Notes under the pieces: model-generated
Told to the model about the DNA's origin: nothing
Databases searched by the model: none
Seen by the model: the letters and a program-made list of their open reading frames with translations, nothing else
Shown here: positions 63,839 to 64,000 of the stretch, piece after piece
Numbering within the stretch: the stretch's first letter is position 1
Layout: the number at the start of each line of letters is the position of its first letter
Position numbers and translations under genes: made by a program
From: Candidatus Dadabacteria bacterium
GTDB taxonomy: Bacteria > Desulfobacterota_D > UBA1144 > Nemesobacterales > CSP1-2
Reading direction: 5' to 3'
Assembly (NCBI GenBank): GCA_963805855.1
Contig: CAWDVW010000005.1
Coordinates: 448,001 to 512,000 of the forward strand
DNA: 64,000 nucleotides

Positions 63839-64000
63839 CTACGAGAATAGCTCTTTTAGATACACAACTCTTTCTCTGGAAGCACCTATTGAAACGATGT
63901 TGACCGGTACTCCTGTTGTTTCCTCAATTTTTTTTATATAAGCCATTGCCTGAATTGGAAGATCAGAAGGTTCTCTTGCAACTGACAAATCTTCTTTCCA
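63839..64000 (-). CDS. purA: Adenylosuccinate synthetase, C-terminal end (runs off window)
   Basis: Manual translation WKEDLSVAREPSDLPIQAMAYIKKIEETTGVPVNIVSIGASRERVV. Confidence 0.85.
   Translation of the reverse strand, partial: WKEDLSVAREPSDLPIQAMAYIKKIEETTGVPVNIVSIGASRERVVYLKELFS

Overview
Bacterial genomic DNA, probably Desulfobacterota/deltaproteobacterial-like (inferred from the hemL-atpZ-atpI-atpB-atpE gene order). The left ~46 kb is an accessory signalling/redox region dense in class III nucleotide cyclases. It holds four zinc ribbon-cyclase-STAND ATPase-TPR genes, an ATPase-cyclase with the cyclase at the C-terminus, a FIST sensor plus cyclase pair, a DUF2652-SRPBCC cyclase-like pair (one copy with both catalytic Asp changed to Asn) and two cyclase-gene remnants. 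Two candidate cNMP receivers are also present: a GAF-sigma54 activator and a 2x cNMP-binding/polyferredoxin protein. A tandem GTAAAC-N3-GTTNAC-like motif overlaps the activator's own promoter and recurs upstream of a sigma54 promoter 17 kb away, suggesting a complete sensor-cNMP-sigma54 circuit. Also present: vapBC, three DUF4242 paralogs, flavoenzymes, a GIY-YIG nuclease flanked by palindromic repeats, an IS110 remnant, oxyR-katG with an OxyR box, and REP-like repeats. Five genes between 14 and 30 kb carry net +1 frameshifts that may be sequencing errors. The right ~18 kb is mostly housekeeping (thyX, cca, F0 ATP synthase, hemL, pal/cpoB, phoH, purA) but includes a degenerate sirtuin and a degenerate acyl-CoA synthetase. 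No rRNA, tRNA or CRISPR array was recognised. All calls rest on motif recognition by eye; no database searches were run.
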